Shown here: piece by piece, positions 19,939-31,318 of the stretch
How the letters are laid out: the number at the start of each line of letters is the position of its first letter
How positions within the stretch are numbered: position 1 is the first letter of the stretch
Assembly: GCA_963843375.1 (NCBI GenBank)
Contig: CAWJKT010000001.1
Span: 128,001 to 192,000 of the forward strand
Source: an uncultured Pseudomonadota bacterium
GTDB taxonomy: Bacteria; Oederibacteriota; Muellerivitia; Muellerivitales; Muellerivitaceae
Direction: 5' to 3'
Length of the DNA: 64,000 bases
Translations under genes and position numbers: made by a program
Notes under the pieces: model-generated
Databases searched by the model: none
What the model was told of the DNA's origin: nothing
What the model saw: only the letters and a program-made list of their open reading frames with translations

Positions 19939-22309
19939 CTTGCGCCCCTTGGGGACGGGGTCGATTCAGAAATCGGTCATTTCCCCATCCCTGCCATAAC
20001 CAGGCAAAGAGATAAAGCAGAAGGGAAACGGATGAAATCCATTTTCCAATCTCAAAGGCCGCCGGCTCAAACTTTAAAATGAAATGGTGGTTTCCGGCGG
20101 AAAGCGGGATGGCACGGCCAAAATAATCACCCGGCATCACCTCGTAAGTTTGCTGAACACTGTTGGGATAAGCGATGGCTTTCCATCCCCGGCTAAAGTT
20201 ATCGGTAATCATAAGAATTTGCGGTTTATCCGTTTGGACGTGGAATTCCATCCTATCGGTTGTTTGGTCCTCCAGTGAAACCTGCCCCTTACCTGAATTT
20301 TCCTCCGGCAATATGGCTGGAGTTTTTTCTAGGACGACTTCAGCTCCAGGGTCGAAGCCCGAACGAGAAATAGTTTCCATCGCTTCTTTCGGGTCTCCCG
20401 CGAATTTCCATCGCCCGACTAAAAAGGCGCGGGGTAGGCGGGGATAGGGAAGGGAGGTTATATGAAGGCCGTCGCTCTTGGTGTCCAACATGTAGGCAAG
20501 CCGGACCAAGCGAATTTTTGGAAGGGTGAGATTGATCTTTTGGGTATCAGGCGAGGAGGATGGTTCCGGCAGGGGGTTTCCCGTGTAGGTCATGAAATAA
20601 TTGTAACGCTTGGGAAGCAAGGGATCATCGCCCCAAATATCCGGTAACCCCATGGAAAGAGAACGGTCGTCATGTGCGGTCCAATAAATCCGCCCCTCTC
20701 CAAGATGGGGGGATAAGGTTTTTTGAACAGCGGATTCCCTTGATTTCATTCCTTGGGCGTTAAAAGTCGGAAGATTGGCTCCCGCAAAGGCCCACAAATT
20801 CGCCATTCCCAAAATGGCCAGAGCATATTTTCTTGCCTTCCCAACGGAAGTCCAAATCCAGAGCAGCGCGAAAATAAGGGAAAAGACGGAAGCACCGGCC
20901 AAGTTAATGATTCGTGCGGTATCGATCTGGAGGAGGTACTGTGGGTATTGAGGCGAAAAGGGTTCGGAATTATTCCAAGCGACTATAGCGGAAAAACTTC
21001 CCAATCTGGATCCCTGGAAAACCAAAAAGGAAGCGCCTCCGAAAATGAGGGCTAGGCCAAAGGCCGAGTAAGCTGGCCAGTTTTTTTGCCGAGAATCGAA
21101 TAGCCAAGCATGAATCCCTCTCGCCGCGAGAAAGGCGAAAGCCAATTGGAAAAAAATGCCAAACTTGAAACTCCCCCGAAAGGAATCGAAGAAAGGAATC
21201 CATTCGTTCAGGAGAGGGAAAAGGGGAGTGTAAGAACCGAAAGCCAGTAAAAGGGATAAAAGAGCCAGCCCCATCAAAGTCCACTTTTTTCCTTGAGGAC
21301 CTTCTCTTTGAATAAGTCCGTAAATCGCCATTAGGAAAGCGATAATTCCGATAAAAAGGCAGGACTCCCACCAAATCCGCGAATCGGCCCAGCAGAATAA
21401 ACGCGTCCCCTTTCCGCCCAAACCCGATGCCAAAACCGTCAATGAGTTCAATGGATTTAGGGAAAAGAATCGTTGGAACTCCGGGGAAGCGGCGCTTTCC
21501 CGAAGGTTTTCCCCTGTGGCCTCCAAGCCCGAAAGCCATTGGATGGAAGTAATCGCCGATCCCATCAGAAGCATGGCCAGCCCATGAAAAACTTTTTTAA
21601 AACGGTTTTCCGGATTCCGGAAAAGGAGGAGCAGGGCGTAAAGCCCGCTTAGGAACAGGGTATAAGCAAAGTATTGGGCGTGGCCTGATAAGAGTTGAAA
21701 GGAAAAGACTCCCGCGCTGATTAGAACATTTTTTAATTCCGGTTTTTCCAGGAGAGTTTCCACCGAGAGAAAGACCAGTGGGATCCAGGCCATGGTACAA
21801 AGGTTAGGTAAGTGGCCGGGGTAGACGTGTAGGAAATAAGCCCCGCCAAACATGTAGACGAAGGACCCGAACAATGAGGCCAGGAAACCCAAGCGGTTCG
21901 CGGCCAGCCAAAGATAGGTAAAAAAACCCGCCAGAAAAACGTGTAAGACAATGGAAAAGTTCAAGGCGAAAACCAAGGGCAAAAATAGAAAAAGCCAATT
22001 GGGGGGATAAAGGAGAGCGGACTGGAAACCGGCAAAGAAAGGCGCCCCGCAATAGATGAAGGGATTCCAGAGCGCCAAATGACCTTTGCGCAGTTCCGAA
22101 AAACCAAAGTCGCGCCAAGCGTAAAACTGGTTGGCCAAATCGCCGTCGGCTATGGAAACCAGAGTGTTTTCGGAAAAGAGGACCTGGGCGAAAAGAATGA
22201 GGACCGATCCTCCTAAGACTAGGGCCGCCAAGGCTTTCCTTTTTTTGGCGGAGGAGAGGAACCATAAGTGTAGGTTTTCAAAAGGAAGCGAGGAGTTTTC
22301 TTGGTTCAT
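19931..22309 (-). CDS. YfhO-family multi-TM GT-C glycosyltransferase-like protein
   Basis: 'GDLANQFYAWR...GHLALWNPFIYCGAPFFAGFQSALLYPPNWL', 'GHAQY', and C-terminal 'NFSRGWKA...AIPLSAGNHH'. Confidence 0.78.
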   Translation of the reverse strand: MNQENSSLPFENLHLWFLSSAKKRKALAALVLGGSVLILFAQVLFSENTLVSIADGDLANQFYAWRDFGFSELRKGHLALWNPFIYCGAPFFAGFQSALLYPPNWLFLFLPLVFALNFSIVLHVFLAGFFTYLWLAANRLGFLASLFGSFVYMFGGAYFLHVYPGHLPNLCTMAWIPLVFLSVETLLEKPELKNVLISAGVFSFQLLSGHAQYFAYTLFLSGLYALLLLFRNPENRFKKVFHGLAMLLMGSAITSIQWLSGLEATGENLRESAASPEFQRFFSLNPLNSLTVLASGLGGKGTRLFCWADSRIWWESCLFIGIIAFLMAIYGLIQREGPQGKKWTLMGLALLSLLLAFGSYTPLFPLLNEWIPFFDSFRGSFKFGIFFQLAFAFLAARGIHAWLFDSRQKNWPAYSAFGLALIFGGASFLVFQGSRLGSFSAIVAWNNSEPFSPQYPQYLLQIDTARIINLAGASVFSLIFALLWIWTSVGKARKYALAILGMANLWAFAGANLPTFNAQGMKSRESAVQKTLSPHLGEGRIYWTAHDDRSLSMGLPDIWGDDPLLPKRYNYFMTYTGNPLPEPSSSPDTQKINLTLPKIRLVRLAYMLDTKSDGLHITSLPYPRLPRAFLVGRWKFAGDPKEAMETISRSGFDPGAEVVLEKTPAILPEENSGKGQVSLEDQTTDRMEFHVQTDKPQILMITDNFSRGWKAIAYPNSVQQTYEVMPGDYFGRAIPLSAGNHHFILKFEPAAFEIGKWISSVSLLLYLFAWLWQGWGNDRFLNRPRPQGAQGG

Positions 22310-22557
22310 GAAACCGCCGTAAAAAAGGATGGCTTATTATAAGTGTCCTTCTTGGGAAAGGTTTTTAAGAATTGTGAAAAATTAAGATGATGAAAAGTAT
22401 TCGAACCAGACTTTTCCCCGTGGCCCTTTAAAATATTGAATAAGGTTAGGGAGGTTCCGGCATCTTTAACTATTTTTAGGCGTATAATGACGCCGGATTT
22501 CAGTTGAAGGACGGTTTTTCTACAGTGAAATAGGTAGTCAATGAAAGAAATGAAATT

Positions 22558-24474
22558 ATGACTCTTCCCTCCGTCCAAGAAAGTGTTTCTCCAACCAAGG
22601 ACTCCCTTTCATTTTGGGCAGTCGCTTTACTTCCCGCCATTCTGACATTTTTGTTTTACCTGCCGGTTTTAAAAAACAACTTCGTGACCTGGGACGATCC
22701 ACAGATGATCCAGGATAATCCCTATATCCGCAGTTTCAGCCTGGAATCCATTGGTGGGATGTTTAAGAATTTTTACGCGGCAAACTGGATACCCCTTACC
22801 TGGCTTTCACTGGCCCTCGATTTCAAGTTGGGGGGCTTGGATCCCTTCATCTACCATTTAGATAACCTGATTTTGCATTGCTGCAACACGGCGCTTGTTT
22901 TTTTTCTTGGCGTTAGGATTCTGGCAATCCCGGGGAAGGGACTGGAGCGGGAAGGGAGTCCAGCGGGGTGGGTGACACCAGCGGCTTTTTTGACGGCCCT
23001 CTTGTTTGGTCTTCACCCCATTCATGTGGAGTCAGTGGCTTGGGCCACCGAACGAAAGGACATGCTCTTTGGTATTTTCTATCTTTTGAGCCTCCTGTTT
23101 TACTTGGATTACTCGTCGGCCTCCAGCCAGAAGGTTTGGAAGTTAAATGTCTGCCTTTTTCTCTTCGTGATGTCCCTTTTGTCCAAGCCCATGGCCGTCA
23201 CACTTCCCTTCGTCTTGCTTCTTTTTGATGTTTGGCCCTTGAATAGGTTTTCCTCCAGCCCCAAAAAGATTTTGTTGGAAAAACTTCCTTTTTTTATACT
23301 CGCTTTGATATCGGGATGGATGACCATGCTTGCCCATTTCCACGAAGGTCCCGCACCTACCACCCGAGATTTGCCCCTGGATTATCGAGTTATGAATGCG
23401 TTTCATTCGCTTGTTTTTTATTTGGTGAAAATGGTTGTTCCCGTAGATTTGGCGACGCTTTACCCGATCGTTTTATTGAAAACTTTTTCCCTCGAGTATG
23501 TGGCTGCGTTTTTAGCGGTTATTTTAATAAGCGGAATTTGTTTTCGTTACCGCAAGAAACGGCCCTATCTAGCAGCTGCTTCAATATATTATTTGGTCAC
23601 CCTTGCCCCCACATTAGGAATTGAATACGCAGGAGGCTATGCGGCGGCGGACCGGTTTACTTATCTTCCAAGTTTGGGTCCCTTTTTGCTTTTGGCCTCG
23701 GTTTTGGCTTTTGGCCTTTCAAGCCGCCGTTTCCTTTTTAACTTTTTGGTCGCGGGGTTAACGGTTCTCCTGGGGTTGGGGACCATTCAGCAAATAGGAA
23801 TTTGGAAGAATTCGATCAGCCTTTGGGAGAACGTGGTTAAAGTTGCTTCACCATACGTTCCCGACATCATTTACGAACATTTGGGGGACGCTTATATGTC
23901 CGCAAGTCAATGGGATGACGCCTTAGGGGCCTTCAATTCTGCTCTGGCCAACGCCCCTGAAAATGCAGGTTTGCATGAAAAAAAAGGAATCACTCTTATC
24001 AACAAGGGTTTACTTCCCGAATCCGCCAGCGAGTTTAAACTGGAATCCGCACTTGATCCCCAAAATGCCATGGCCCACCGGTATCTTTATTTCGCCAACC
24101 AAAAAATGGGTCATTACCCGGAAGCCTTGGCGGAGGCCCAGGAAGCGGTTCGATTAAACCCAAAGCTTCCAGGCGTCTATAACAGCCTGGGGGCTGCTTA
24201 TTCTTCGATGGCTCAATATGAAAAAGCAGCTGAGGCTTTTGAATCGGCGCATTTAATAGATCCCACGGACACCGGATGTTTAATGAATTTGGCCTCGATT
24301 TATGCCGCTACTGGAAAAATCGCCGAAACGATTAAAATTCTCAATGAGGCTGCCGCTTTACAGCCCCAGAATCCAGATATCTACCAAAGACTGGGTCAGG
24401 CCTATGAAAAAGCGGGGGATCAAAAATCGGCGACGGAGGCTTTCGCCACCGGCAATAGTTTGGCGGGGAAATAG
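22558..24474 (+). CDS. TMTC-like (GT105-like) membrane protein O-glycosyltransferase with TPRs
   Basis: 'NNFVTWDD...IQDNP', 'WIPLT', 'LHPIHVESVAWATERKD', 'LLSKPMAVTLP', 'AADRFTYLP', 'WKNSISLW', then TPRs. Confidence 0.82.
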   Translation: MTLPSVQESVSPTKDSLSFWAVALLPAILTFLFYLPVLKNNFVTWDDPQMIQDNPYIRSFSLESIGGMFKNFYAANWIPLTWLSLALDFKLGGLDPFIYHLDNLILHCCNTALVFFLGVRILAIPGKGLEREGSPAGWVTPAAFLTALLFGLHPIHVESVAWATERKDMLFGIFYLLSLLFYLDYSSASSQKVWKLNVCLFLFVMSLLSKPMAVTLPFVLLLFDVWPLNRFSSSPKKILLEKLPFFILALISGWMTMLAHFHEGPAPTTRDLPLDYRVMNAFHSLVFYLVKMVVPVDLATLYPIVLLKTFSLEYVAAFLAVILISGICFRYRKKRPYLAAASIYYLVTLAPTLGIEYAGGYAAADRFTYLPSLGPFLLLASVLAFGLSSRRFLFNFLVAGLTVLLGLGTIQQIGIWKNSISLWENVVKVASPYVPDIIYEHLGDAYMSASQWDDALGAFNSALANAPENAGLHEKKGITLINKGLLPESASEFKLESALDPQNAMAHRYLYFANQKMGHYPEALAEAQEAVRLNPKLPGVYNSLGAAYSSMAQYEKAAEAFESAHLIDPTDTGCLMNLASIYAATGKIAETIKILNEAAALQPQNPDIYQRLGQAYEKAGDQKSATEAFATGNSLAGK

Positions 24475-24499
24475 AAATTAATTGAAAGGATAAAGGGGT

Positions 24500-26653
24500 T
24501 TGTCCAAGGACAATAAAATAAATTATATCCTGAGAAAAAGACACCTTTCGCTTCGTGAATTGTCGGCCCAAACGGGGCTCGCTGAAACGAAAGTCGCCCA
24601 AATTCTCGAAATGGAGAATCCGGAAAAGGCTTCAACGATCGCCTTGCCCGGTTTTCTGCAAGGTAGGAAAGGCACCTTATGGGCTTGCGCGATATTTTTG
24701 GCGCTGATCGTGGTCGCTTTTTACCTTCCGGTTCTGAAAAATGATTTCGTCAATTGGGACGACAAGGACAATATTACGGATAACCTTCGAATCAGGAGGC
24801 TCGACTGGGATTCGCTAGGTTGGATGTTTACGACCTTCGCCACCGGGAATTGGATGCCTCTTACCTGGCTGTCTTTCGCCCTTAATTACGGAGTAAACGG
24901 ATTAGACCCCCGGGTGTTCCACGCCACTAATGTCTTATTACACGCATTAAATACCGTATTGGTTTTCTTTATTTGCTTTCGCTTGATGAAACATCTTCCC
25001 GAAAAAGCCGGGTCCGCATCCACCCTCAAAATCAAGGGCTTTGGAGTGCCCATCGCTTTCATGACGGCCATTCTGTTCGGACTCCATCCCATCCATGTGG
25101 AATCGGTGGCTTGGGCCACGGAACGCAAAGACGTGCTTTATGCCTTATTCTACCTCTCGGCCCTGTGGCTATATTTGGACGACTCTTCCTCCCTCGAGAA
25201 AAAGGGCTTCAAACACTGGGCCTGCTTGGGGTTTTTTCTGCTGGCCCTGATGTCCAAACCCATGGCCATTACGCTTCCGTTTATTTTCCTGATTCTCGAT
25301 GGCTGGCCCTTGGGTCGATGGAGTTTGGGTTTCCAAAAATTGTTGAAAGAGAAGGCGGTTTTTTTCGCTGTTGCTGGGGGAGCAGTCCTCGTCACAATGG
25401 CTTCGCATGAAAAAACCCTTTCCTATGCCAAAAGCGGAGTCGAGTTTTATTGGGTGATGAATTCATTCCGGTCGCTTGTATTTTATCTTACGAAAATGGT
25501 CTGGCCCGAGGGGTTGACCACTTATTATCCTTTCCCACCCAGTTTGAGCGGTTTCTATTTGTTCGAAAATTTTTGTGCGGCGGCGGCGGTGATCCTGGTT
25601 TCAGTCCTTTTTTTTCGTTACCGCCAAAAGGCACCCTATCTTTTGACGGCCTGGCTTTATTATGTCGTCATCCTTTTACCGGTCGTAGGACTCATCCAGA
25701 CAGGAAGCCAAGCCGCTGCCGACCGCTATACATATTTGGCCAGCCTGGGCTTGTTCCTACCTCTTTCGGCAGGGTTGGCTTTATTGGTTTCTTACCGTTG
25801 GATTCTTTACGCGGGATTCATATTCCTGGCCACTGTTTTGATGGGCTTGGCAACGATGGACCAGATCGGAACATGGAGAAATTCCCAGACCTTATGGGAA
25901 AGGGTGACTCAAATTTATCCCGCCGAAAACCCAATGGCTTATTCCAAGTTGGGGGAAATTTATCTCAAGGCCCACCGGTATGACGACGCGCTGGATGTCT
26001 ATAGCCGGGCGGCGGCCATTCCTCCGGCGCTGGCACCGACCTTCAACGGATTGGGAAGGGCCTTTTTGTACAAAGATAGAGTTCCGGAGGCGGTTCAGGA
26101 ATTTGAATATGCGCTTAAGCTGGATCCTCAATTCACCTTGCCTCGTCTCAATCTTTGGACGGTTTACGAACGACAAGGTCGGCACGAAGAAGCTATCGGG
26201 CAAATGCAATTAGCCCTTAAAATCGAACCCAATTCACCTTTGTTCTACAACGATCTCGGAGTAAGTTACGGCTTTTTGAAAAGGAATGAGGAGGCGCGAA
26301 TGGCGTTTGAAAAAGCCCACCGCCTGGATCCGGATAATTCCGAATACCTGGTCAACCTCGCCACCATTTACGTGTGGCAGGGAAAACCCGAAAAGGCCTT
26401 GGAGTGGTACCGCGGAGGAATCCACCTGCACCCCCGGGAGCCGGTTTATTACTTGAAGATGGCGGATATTTACCTATCCCAGGGGTTGAAGGCAAAGGCT
26501 TTGGAGAAGCTCCGCACGGCTTGGGTCTTGGATCCCGCTAGTCCTAAATTAATCCAGGAATTGGGGGAGGACTTTGAGAAGGCCGGGCAAACCGGTTTGG
26601 CCAAACAATGCATTGCCAAGGCCCAGTCCATGGTGGTTAGGATAAAACCATAA
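24500..26653 (+). CDS. Second TMTC-like GT-C protein with TPRs and an N-terminal HTH-like extension
   Basis: 'NDFVNWDD', 'LHPIHVESVAWATERKD', 'MSKPMAITLP', 'AADRYTY', several TPRs; TTG start after aggataaagggg. Confidence 0.82.
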   Translation: MSKDNKINYILRKRHLSLRELSAQTGLAETKVAQILEMENPEKASTIALPGFLQGRKGTLWACAIFLALIVVAFYLPVLKNDFVNWDDKDNITDNLRIRRLDWDSLGWMFTTFATGNWMPLTWLSFALNYGVNGLDPRVFHATNVLLHALNTVLVFFICFRLMKHLPEKAGSASTLKIKGFGVPIAFMTAILFGLHPIHVESVAWATERKDVLYALFYLSALWLYLDDSSSLEKKGFKHWACLGFFLLALMSKPMAITLPFIFLILDGWPLGRWSLGFQKLLKEKAVFFAVAGGAVLVTMASHEKTLSYAKSGVEFYWVMNSFRSLVFYLTKMVWPEGLTTYYPFPPSLSGFYLFENFCAAAAVILVSVLFFRYRQKAPYLLTAWLYYVVILLPVVGLIQTGSQAAADRYTYLASLGLFLPLSAGLALLVSYRWILYAGFIFLATVLMGLATMDQIGTWRNSQTLWERVTQIYPAENPMAYSKLGEIYLKAHRYDDALDVYSRAAAIPPALAPTFNGLGRAFLYKDRVPEAVQEFEYALKLDPQFTLPRLNLWTVYERQGRHEEAIGQMQLALKIEPNSPLFYNDLGVSYGFLKRNEEARMAFEKAHRLDPDNSEYLVNLATIYVWQGKPEKALEWYRGGIHLHPREPVYYLKMADIYLSQGLKAKALEKLRTAWVLDPASPKLIQELGEDFEKAGQTGLAKQCIAKAQSMVVRIKP

Positions 26654-27055
26654 AAATTTTTTATGGTTTCTGGTGTAGGCCTTGGCTTCAATCTAAGATT
26701 TTCATTTCATTCAAAAATCCTGGTTTAACGGGAAATTCAGGGTAATAAATATGGGGAAATTAGCCATGTATTTTTTGGACAAGAACTGATTAATATTGTA
26801 AAAGTGTGAGATACTTCTTAAGTAATAGCCATTTTAACCGTTAATATCGTTATAAGGTAATCGATCAATACTCTTACGACATCAAAATTCAGATTAAATG
26901 TGAATGTTATAGTAATGACAAATGGAACCGGTTTCATCTCTTAGTTCTTCAGAGGAACTTATTTTGAAATGAGGTTTACCAAAATTTATGATCTGATCCC
27001 GATCATTGAAGGTTTGGTTAGCCTAATTTATTGTTAAGTGAGTGAAAGACAAGAA

Positions 27056-30000
27056 ATGTTCATCAAGACATTAAATACTATTTTAAATCGTTTTAGGGTT
27101 TTTGGATTTGGGGTTTTATGTTGTCTAGCCCTATCCGCCAATCAAGTCCAAGCCCAATGCACTCCCACCTCTGCAACGCTTTGCGCATCCGGTGACGACA
27201 ATACGACAATCTGGGTTCAAGGTGTCTCTATCGGTTATTTCCCTTATGCGGGCGCCCCCGGCACCGGAGACGCAGGAAATGTAACTTGCATCACAGTGTC
27301 GACTGCTTTGTTGACGGGATCGCAAGTCTGTTTGGCCGTTGAAACCCAAAACACGGCCCCTGACGATAACTTTTCCTCCTGGGATTTGGATATCACATGT
27401 TCCGGAGGAGACCATTCGGAAATCACGAGTTCGGGGAGCGGGATTGAAGAAGAATATGTCCCCACGGGTAATCCCTCCACCCCCCCAGGTAATGATAGCA
27501 GCGGCAACACATGGTACAGCACCGGCTACGACGAAGGCGCCGAAGGCTTCTCCTCCTCCTATTGCTCCAGCGGCGTAACGGCTTCCACTTGGGCCAATCA
27601 GATTTATAACCCGGTTACTGGACAACCCCTTCCTTTTATCGCCAATAATTGCTCCGGGGATTACTCCAGCGGAAATTCGGCGGGCGCGCTTTTTTTTCGT
27701 CAATGTACGACTATTCCAGCTCCCACGACCCTTATTGGTCCTCCAAATTTTACCATTAACAAATCTCAAGGTACCGCCACTGTCAGCGGCACCAATTTAT
27801 TCCTGACTTACACCATCACGGTCTGCAATACCGGAGGTCCGGTCACGAACGGATCCGTCACTATCGTGGATAATTTGACCACTGTGGGCACAGGTAATGG
27901 CGCCAGTTCATTTTCGTTTGTCGCTTGGGGTTACGGGAGTTCCGGTTGTCCTTTTACGATACCTTATTACAACTCATGCGGCCTCGGAAGCGCGCCTACC
28001 GACAACGGTCAAACGATGATTTTTGGAGAATTCGGCAACGGGTGCGCCACGATGTCGGTGGCGGTTGAGGATTATTATTGGCCTCCCGGTTGCATAACGG
28101 TAACCAATAACGCGTCTTTGTCTTATCCAAGTGGAAACCTGACCTCAAATACCGTCTCCTTTATTGTTACTTGTATTCCCACTCCAACAAATACCCCAAC
28201 TTTTACCAATACTCCCACACCCAGTCCGACTCATACCTATACTTTTACACCGACCTATACCCCCACGGTTCAGACCCCTACTCCCACATTTACCAATACC
28301 CACACGAACACCTTCACTAATACTCCCACCAACACATATACCTTTACGGCCACCCCGACCCCCACTTTTACCAATACTTTCACGGACACCAATACTCCCA
28401 CGAACACCTATACTCGTACTTCAACCCCTACCAACACCAATACGTTTACGAATACACCTAGTCCCACCCCTACTAACAGCCCTACTCCAACTCATTCGAA
28501 TACCCCTACTAATACAGCTACTAATACGGCAACCAATACGGTTGTAAATACGCCCACGAACACACCCACGAAAACCAACACGAATACAGCGACCAACACG
28601 GCTACCCCTACGCCAACCAATACTCTCACCAACACACCTACCAACACCCCCACACCCACGCACACCAACACTCCCACGAATACCATGACACCTACACCCA
28701 CCAACACCATAGTGAACACTCCCACGAATACTCCAACCAATACCCCGACTCTTACAAAAACGAATACGCCGACTAATACCGTGACCAACACCCTTACCAA
28801 CACCGATACCTCCACGGCAACCAATACCCTCACTTACACACCCACCAACACTCCCACTCCCACGCATACCAACACTCCCACGAATACCCCCACCTATACT
28901 CCCACGAATACGCCCACCAATACCGACACGCCCACCATTACCATGACTCCGACAAATACTAACGTTATCACCCCAACGGTTACGAACACCCCTACAAAGA
29001 CGGATACACCCACCCCGACCAACACCCCAACGAATTCTCCAACGAATACCCCGACCATTACCCCCACGAATACGCCTACCAAATCTCCGACTCCGACTAA
29101 CACCTTTACCCAGACCAATACGCCGACCAATACCTTTACTTTGATCCCAACCGCAACCCCTACGAACACTCCACAGCCGACGGCCACGACCGGGGCTACC
29201 GTTGTGCCGGTGCCAACTCTTACGCCTACCTCAACCATCACTCCGCTTCCCACCAACACCGCCACTTCTACGCATATGTCCACTGCGACTTCCACGCCCA
29301 CTTTGACCGCGACTAATTCGAACACCCCCACCAATTCCACGACGAGCACCCCTACCATCACCCAAACCAATACGCTTACCAAAACCGATACCAACACACC
29401 CACGAATTCACCGACTAATAGCTCCACCAACACCGCCACAGCCACCATTACGATGACTCCGACGAATACCAATGTCATCACCCCGACCTACAGCAACACC
29501 CCCACGATTACCGACAGCTATACCTCGACTAGCACCCCGACGAATACACCGACCAATACGCCCACGCCTACCCTGACGAATTCGGCGACGAATACCTTTA
29601 CCAGTACCGCCACTTCCACAGCCACCAGCACGCCCACGAACACCTTGGCCAACACCGCTACGAATACCCCCACTGAGACCGTGACCAACACGCTTCAAAA
29701 CACCGCGACCAATACGGCGACGAATACTTTGACCGGTACGCCGACGAACACCGCCACCGCTACCACGACCAACACGATTCAAAACACGGCTACCAGTACC
29801 GCTACGAATACTTTGGCCAACACCGCTACTAATACTCCAACCACAACCGCGACCGGCACGCCGACTAATACCCACACTTCCACCGCCACCTTTACCCTGA
29901 CCAATACGACCACCAATACCGAGACATTCACCAATACTGAAACGCCAACCTATACCCACACCGCGACCGCGACATATACCGCCACCAACACGCCCACACC

Positions 30001-31318
30001 TACACCCCCGATGTCGGTTTCGATGAATAAACAGGTTTCCTCGACAACGGCCCAATCGGGCAATAACTTGACTTACACCCTCAATATCACCGTCTCCGGG
30101 AACAGTGCGCAGAACCTGGTGGTGAATGACACCTTGCCCACGAATGAAACCTTCCTAGGGTTCCTCGCCAGCCCAGCGGGGACGACCACCAATTCCACCG
30201 CGACGGGTCTATTAACCTGGAACCTGCCTTCGCCCCTTGCGGCGGGGAGCTACCAACTGGAATATCAGGCGCAATTGAATAATTTACTCACGGCCGGCAG
30301 TACCCTTATTAATAACGCCCAATTAACCTACCTGGGAGGCGCCCCGGTGACGGCCAGCGTGGGAGTATTGGTGATAGGGCAATACACGGTCAAAATCGGG
30401 GTCTATAACGAGGCGGGAGAATTGGTGGATACGATCCTTACGGAACAACTCTCCCAACCTATCGATAATATTGTGCTCCAATCCAGTAATGCCATCACCA
30501 GTTTGAACGGGCCCAATAATGCTGTGACGATTTATTACGACAATAGCCCCTTGGGGAGTTGGAATGGGACGAATTCCAATGGAAGCCTGGCTTCCAACGG
30601 GGCCTATTACGTGAAGGTGGACAGCATCAGTTCTATGGGAACCGAAGTGAGCACGACGCAGCAGGTGATGGTCAACCGGACGCTTTATACGTCGACGATC
30701 CTGATTTACAACGAGGCAGGGGAAGTGGTGAAACACTTATATGCCTATTCCGATGACCCAGGCCAAGCCGGTGTGGCATCGGTGCAATTATCATCCTCCG
30801 TAATAGAACCGGGTCTCGGCTCAAGCCCGGGTACGCCTAGCGACCTGACAATAACCTTAAGCAATGGAACAACCGAGGTGTGGGACGGGACGAATGACAG
30901 CGGTTCCTTTGTGCAAAGCGGTGAATATTTGGTGGAAGTCCACACGACGGACGGAACTGGCGGGGAAACCACGGTGATAAAAGAAGTATCGGTGGAAGAC
31001 CAAAATACGGCCAAAGGAATGGGAGTAGTGACGGCTTGGCCCAATGTTTTAAACCCTTCCGAAGGTCTGACGACGACTTTTCATACCAACGTATCCATGA
31101 ATTTGACGTTGGAGGTGTCTGTTTACACGGTTGCGGGTGAACTGGTCCACCAGGTGACTGGCGGCACAGGAACCGGCCAAGTGACATGGAATGCTTCCGG
31201 TGTGGCAAGCGGCACCTATTTGGCGGTGGTTCAGGTTTTCAACTCCACTGGCGGGCTAATGGGCCGGGCAAACCCTCAAACTGGCCGTCTTCCATTAACC
31301 TGGTTTTTTCAATGGTAG
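27056..31318 (+). CDS. Large secreted surface protein: Cys-rich N-terminal domain, DUF11-like domains, ~610 aa Thr/Pro/Asn linker, three FlgD-Ig-like repeats; true stop probably 31298 (frameshift)
   Basis: Signal peptide VQA|Q; '[11 protein letters not shown]' and '[11 protein letters not shown]...VVNDTLP'; 'VYNEAGELV', 'IYNEAGEVV', 'VYTVAGELV' with '[13 protein letters not shown]...SGEY'. Confidence 0.8.
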   Translation: MFIKTLNTILNRFRVFGFGVLCCLALSANQVQAQCTPTSATLCASGDDNTTIWVQGVSIGYFPYAGAPGTGDAGNVTCITVSTALLTGSQVCLAVETQNTAPDDNFSSWDLDITCSGGDHSEITSSGSGIEEEYVPTGNPSTPPGNDSSGNTWYSTGYDEGAEGFSSSYCSSGVTASTWANQIYNPVTGQPLPFIANNCSGDYSSGNSAGALFFRQCTTIPAPTTLIGPPNFTINKSQGTATVSGTNLFLTYTITVCNTGGPVTNGSVTIVDNLTTVGTGNGASSFSFVAWGYGSSGCPFTIPYYNSCGLGSAPTDNGQTMIFGEFGNGCATMSVAVEDYYWPPGCITVTNNASLSYPSGNLTSNTVSFIVTCIPTPTNTPTFTNTPTPSPTHTYTFTPTYTPTVQTPTPTFTNTHTNTFTNTPTNTYTFTATPTPTFTNTFTDTNTPTNTYTRTSTPTNTNTFTNTPSPTPTNSPTPTHSNTPTNTATNTATNTVVNTPTNTPTKTNTNTATNTATPTPTNTLTNTPTNTPTPTHTNTPTNTMTPTPTNTIVNTPTNTPTNTPTLTKTNTPTNTVTNTLTNTDTSTATNTLTYTPTNTPTPTHTNTPTNTPTYTPTNTPTNTDTPTITMTPTNTNVITPTVTNTPTKTDTPTPTNTPTNSPTNTPTITPTNTPTKSPTPTNTFTQTNTPTNTFTLIPTATPTNTPQPTATTGATVVPVPTLTPTSTITPLPTNTATSTHMSTATSTPTLTATNSNTPTNSTTSTPTITQTNTLTKTDTNTPTNSPTNSSTNTATATITMTPTNTNVITPTYSNTPTITDSYTSTSTPTNTPTNTPTPTLTNSATNTFTSTATSTATSTPTNTLANTATNTPTETVTNTLQNTATNTATNTLTGTPTNTATATTTNTIQNTATSTATNTLANTATNTPTTTATGTPTNTHTSTATFTLTNTTTNTETFTNTETPTYTHTATATYTATNTPTPTPPMSVSMNKQVSSTTAQSGNNLTYTLNITVSGNSAQNLVVNDTLPTNETFLGFLASPAGTTTNSTATGLLTWNLPSPLAAGSYQLEYQAQLNNLLTAGSTLINNAQLTYLGGAPVTASVGVLVIGQYTVKIGVYNEAGELVDTILTEQLSQPIDNIVLQSSNAITSLNGPNNAVTIYYDNSPLGSWNGTNSNGSLASNGAYYVKVDSISSMGTEVSTTQQVMVNRTLYTSTILIYNEAGEVVKHLYAYSDDPGQAGVASVQLSSSVIEPGLGSSPGTPSDLTITLSNGTTEVWDGTNDSGSFVQSGEYLVEVHTTDGTGGETTVIKEVSVEDQNTAKGMGVVTAWPNVLNPSEGLTTTFHTNVSMNLTLEVSVYTVAGELVHQVTGGTGTGQVTWNASGVASGTYLAVVQVFNSTGGLMGRANPQTGRLPLTWFFQW

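Noticed and set aside
22306..22578. 90 aa minus-strand ORF between the divergent GT-C genes
   Set aside because: AT-rich divergent promoter region; overlaps both neighbours and has no protein-like features.
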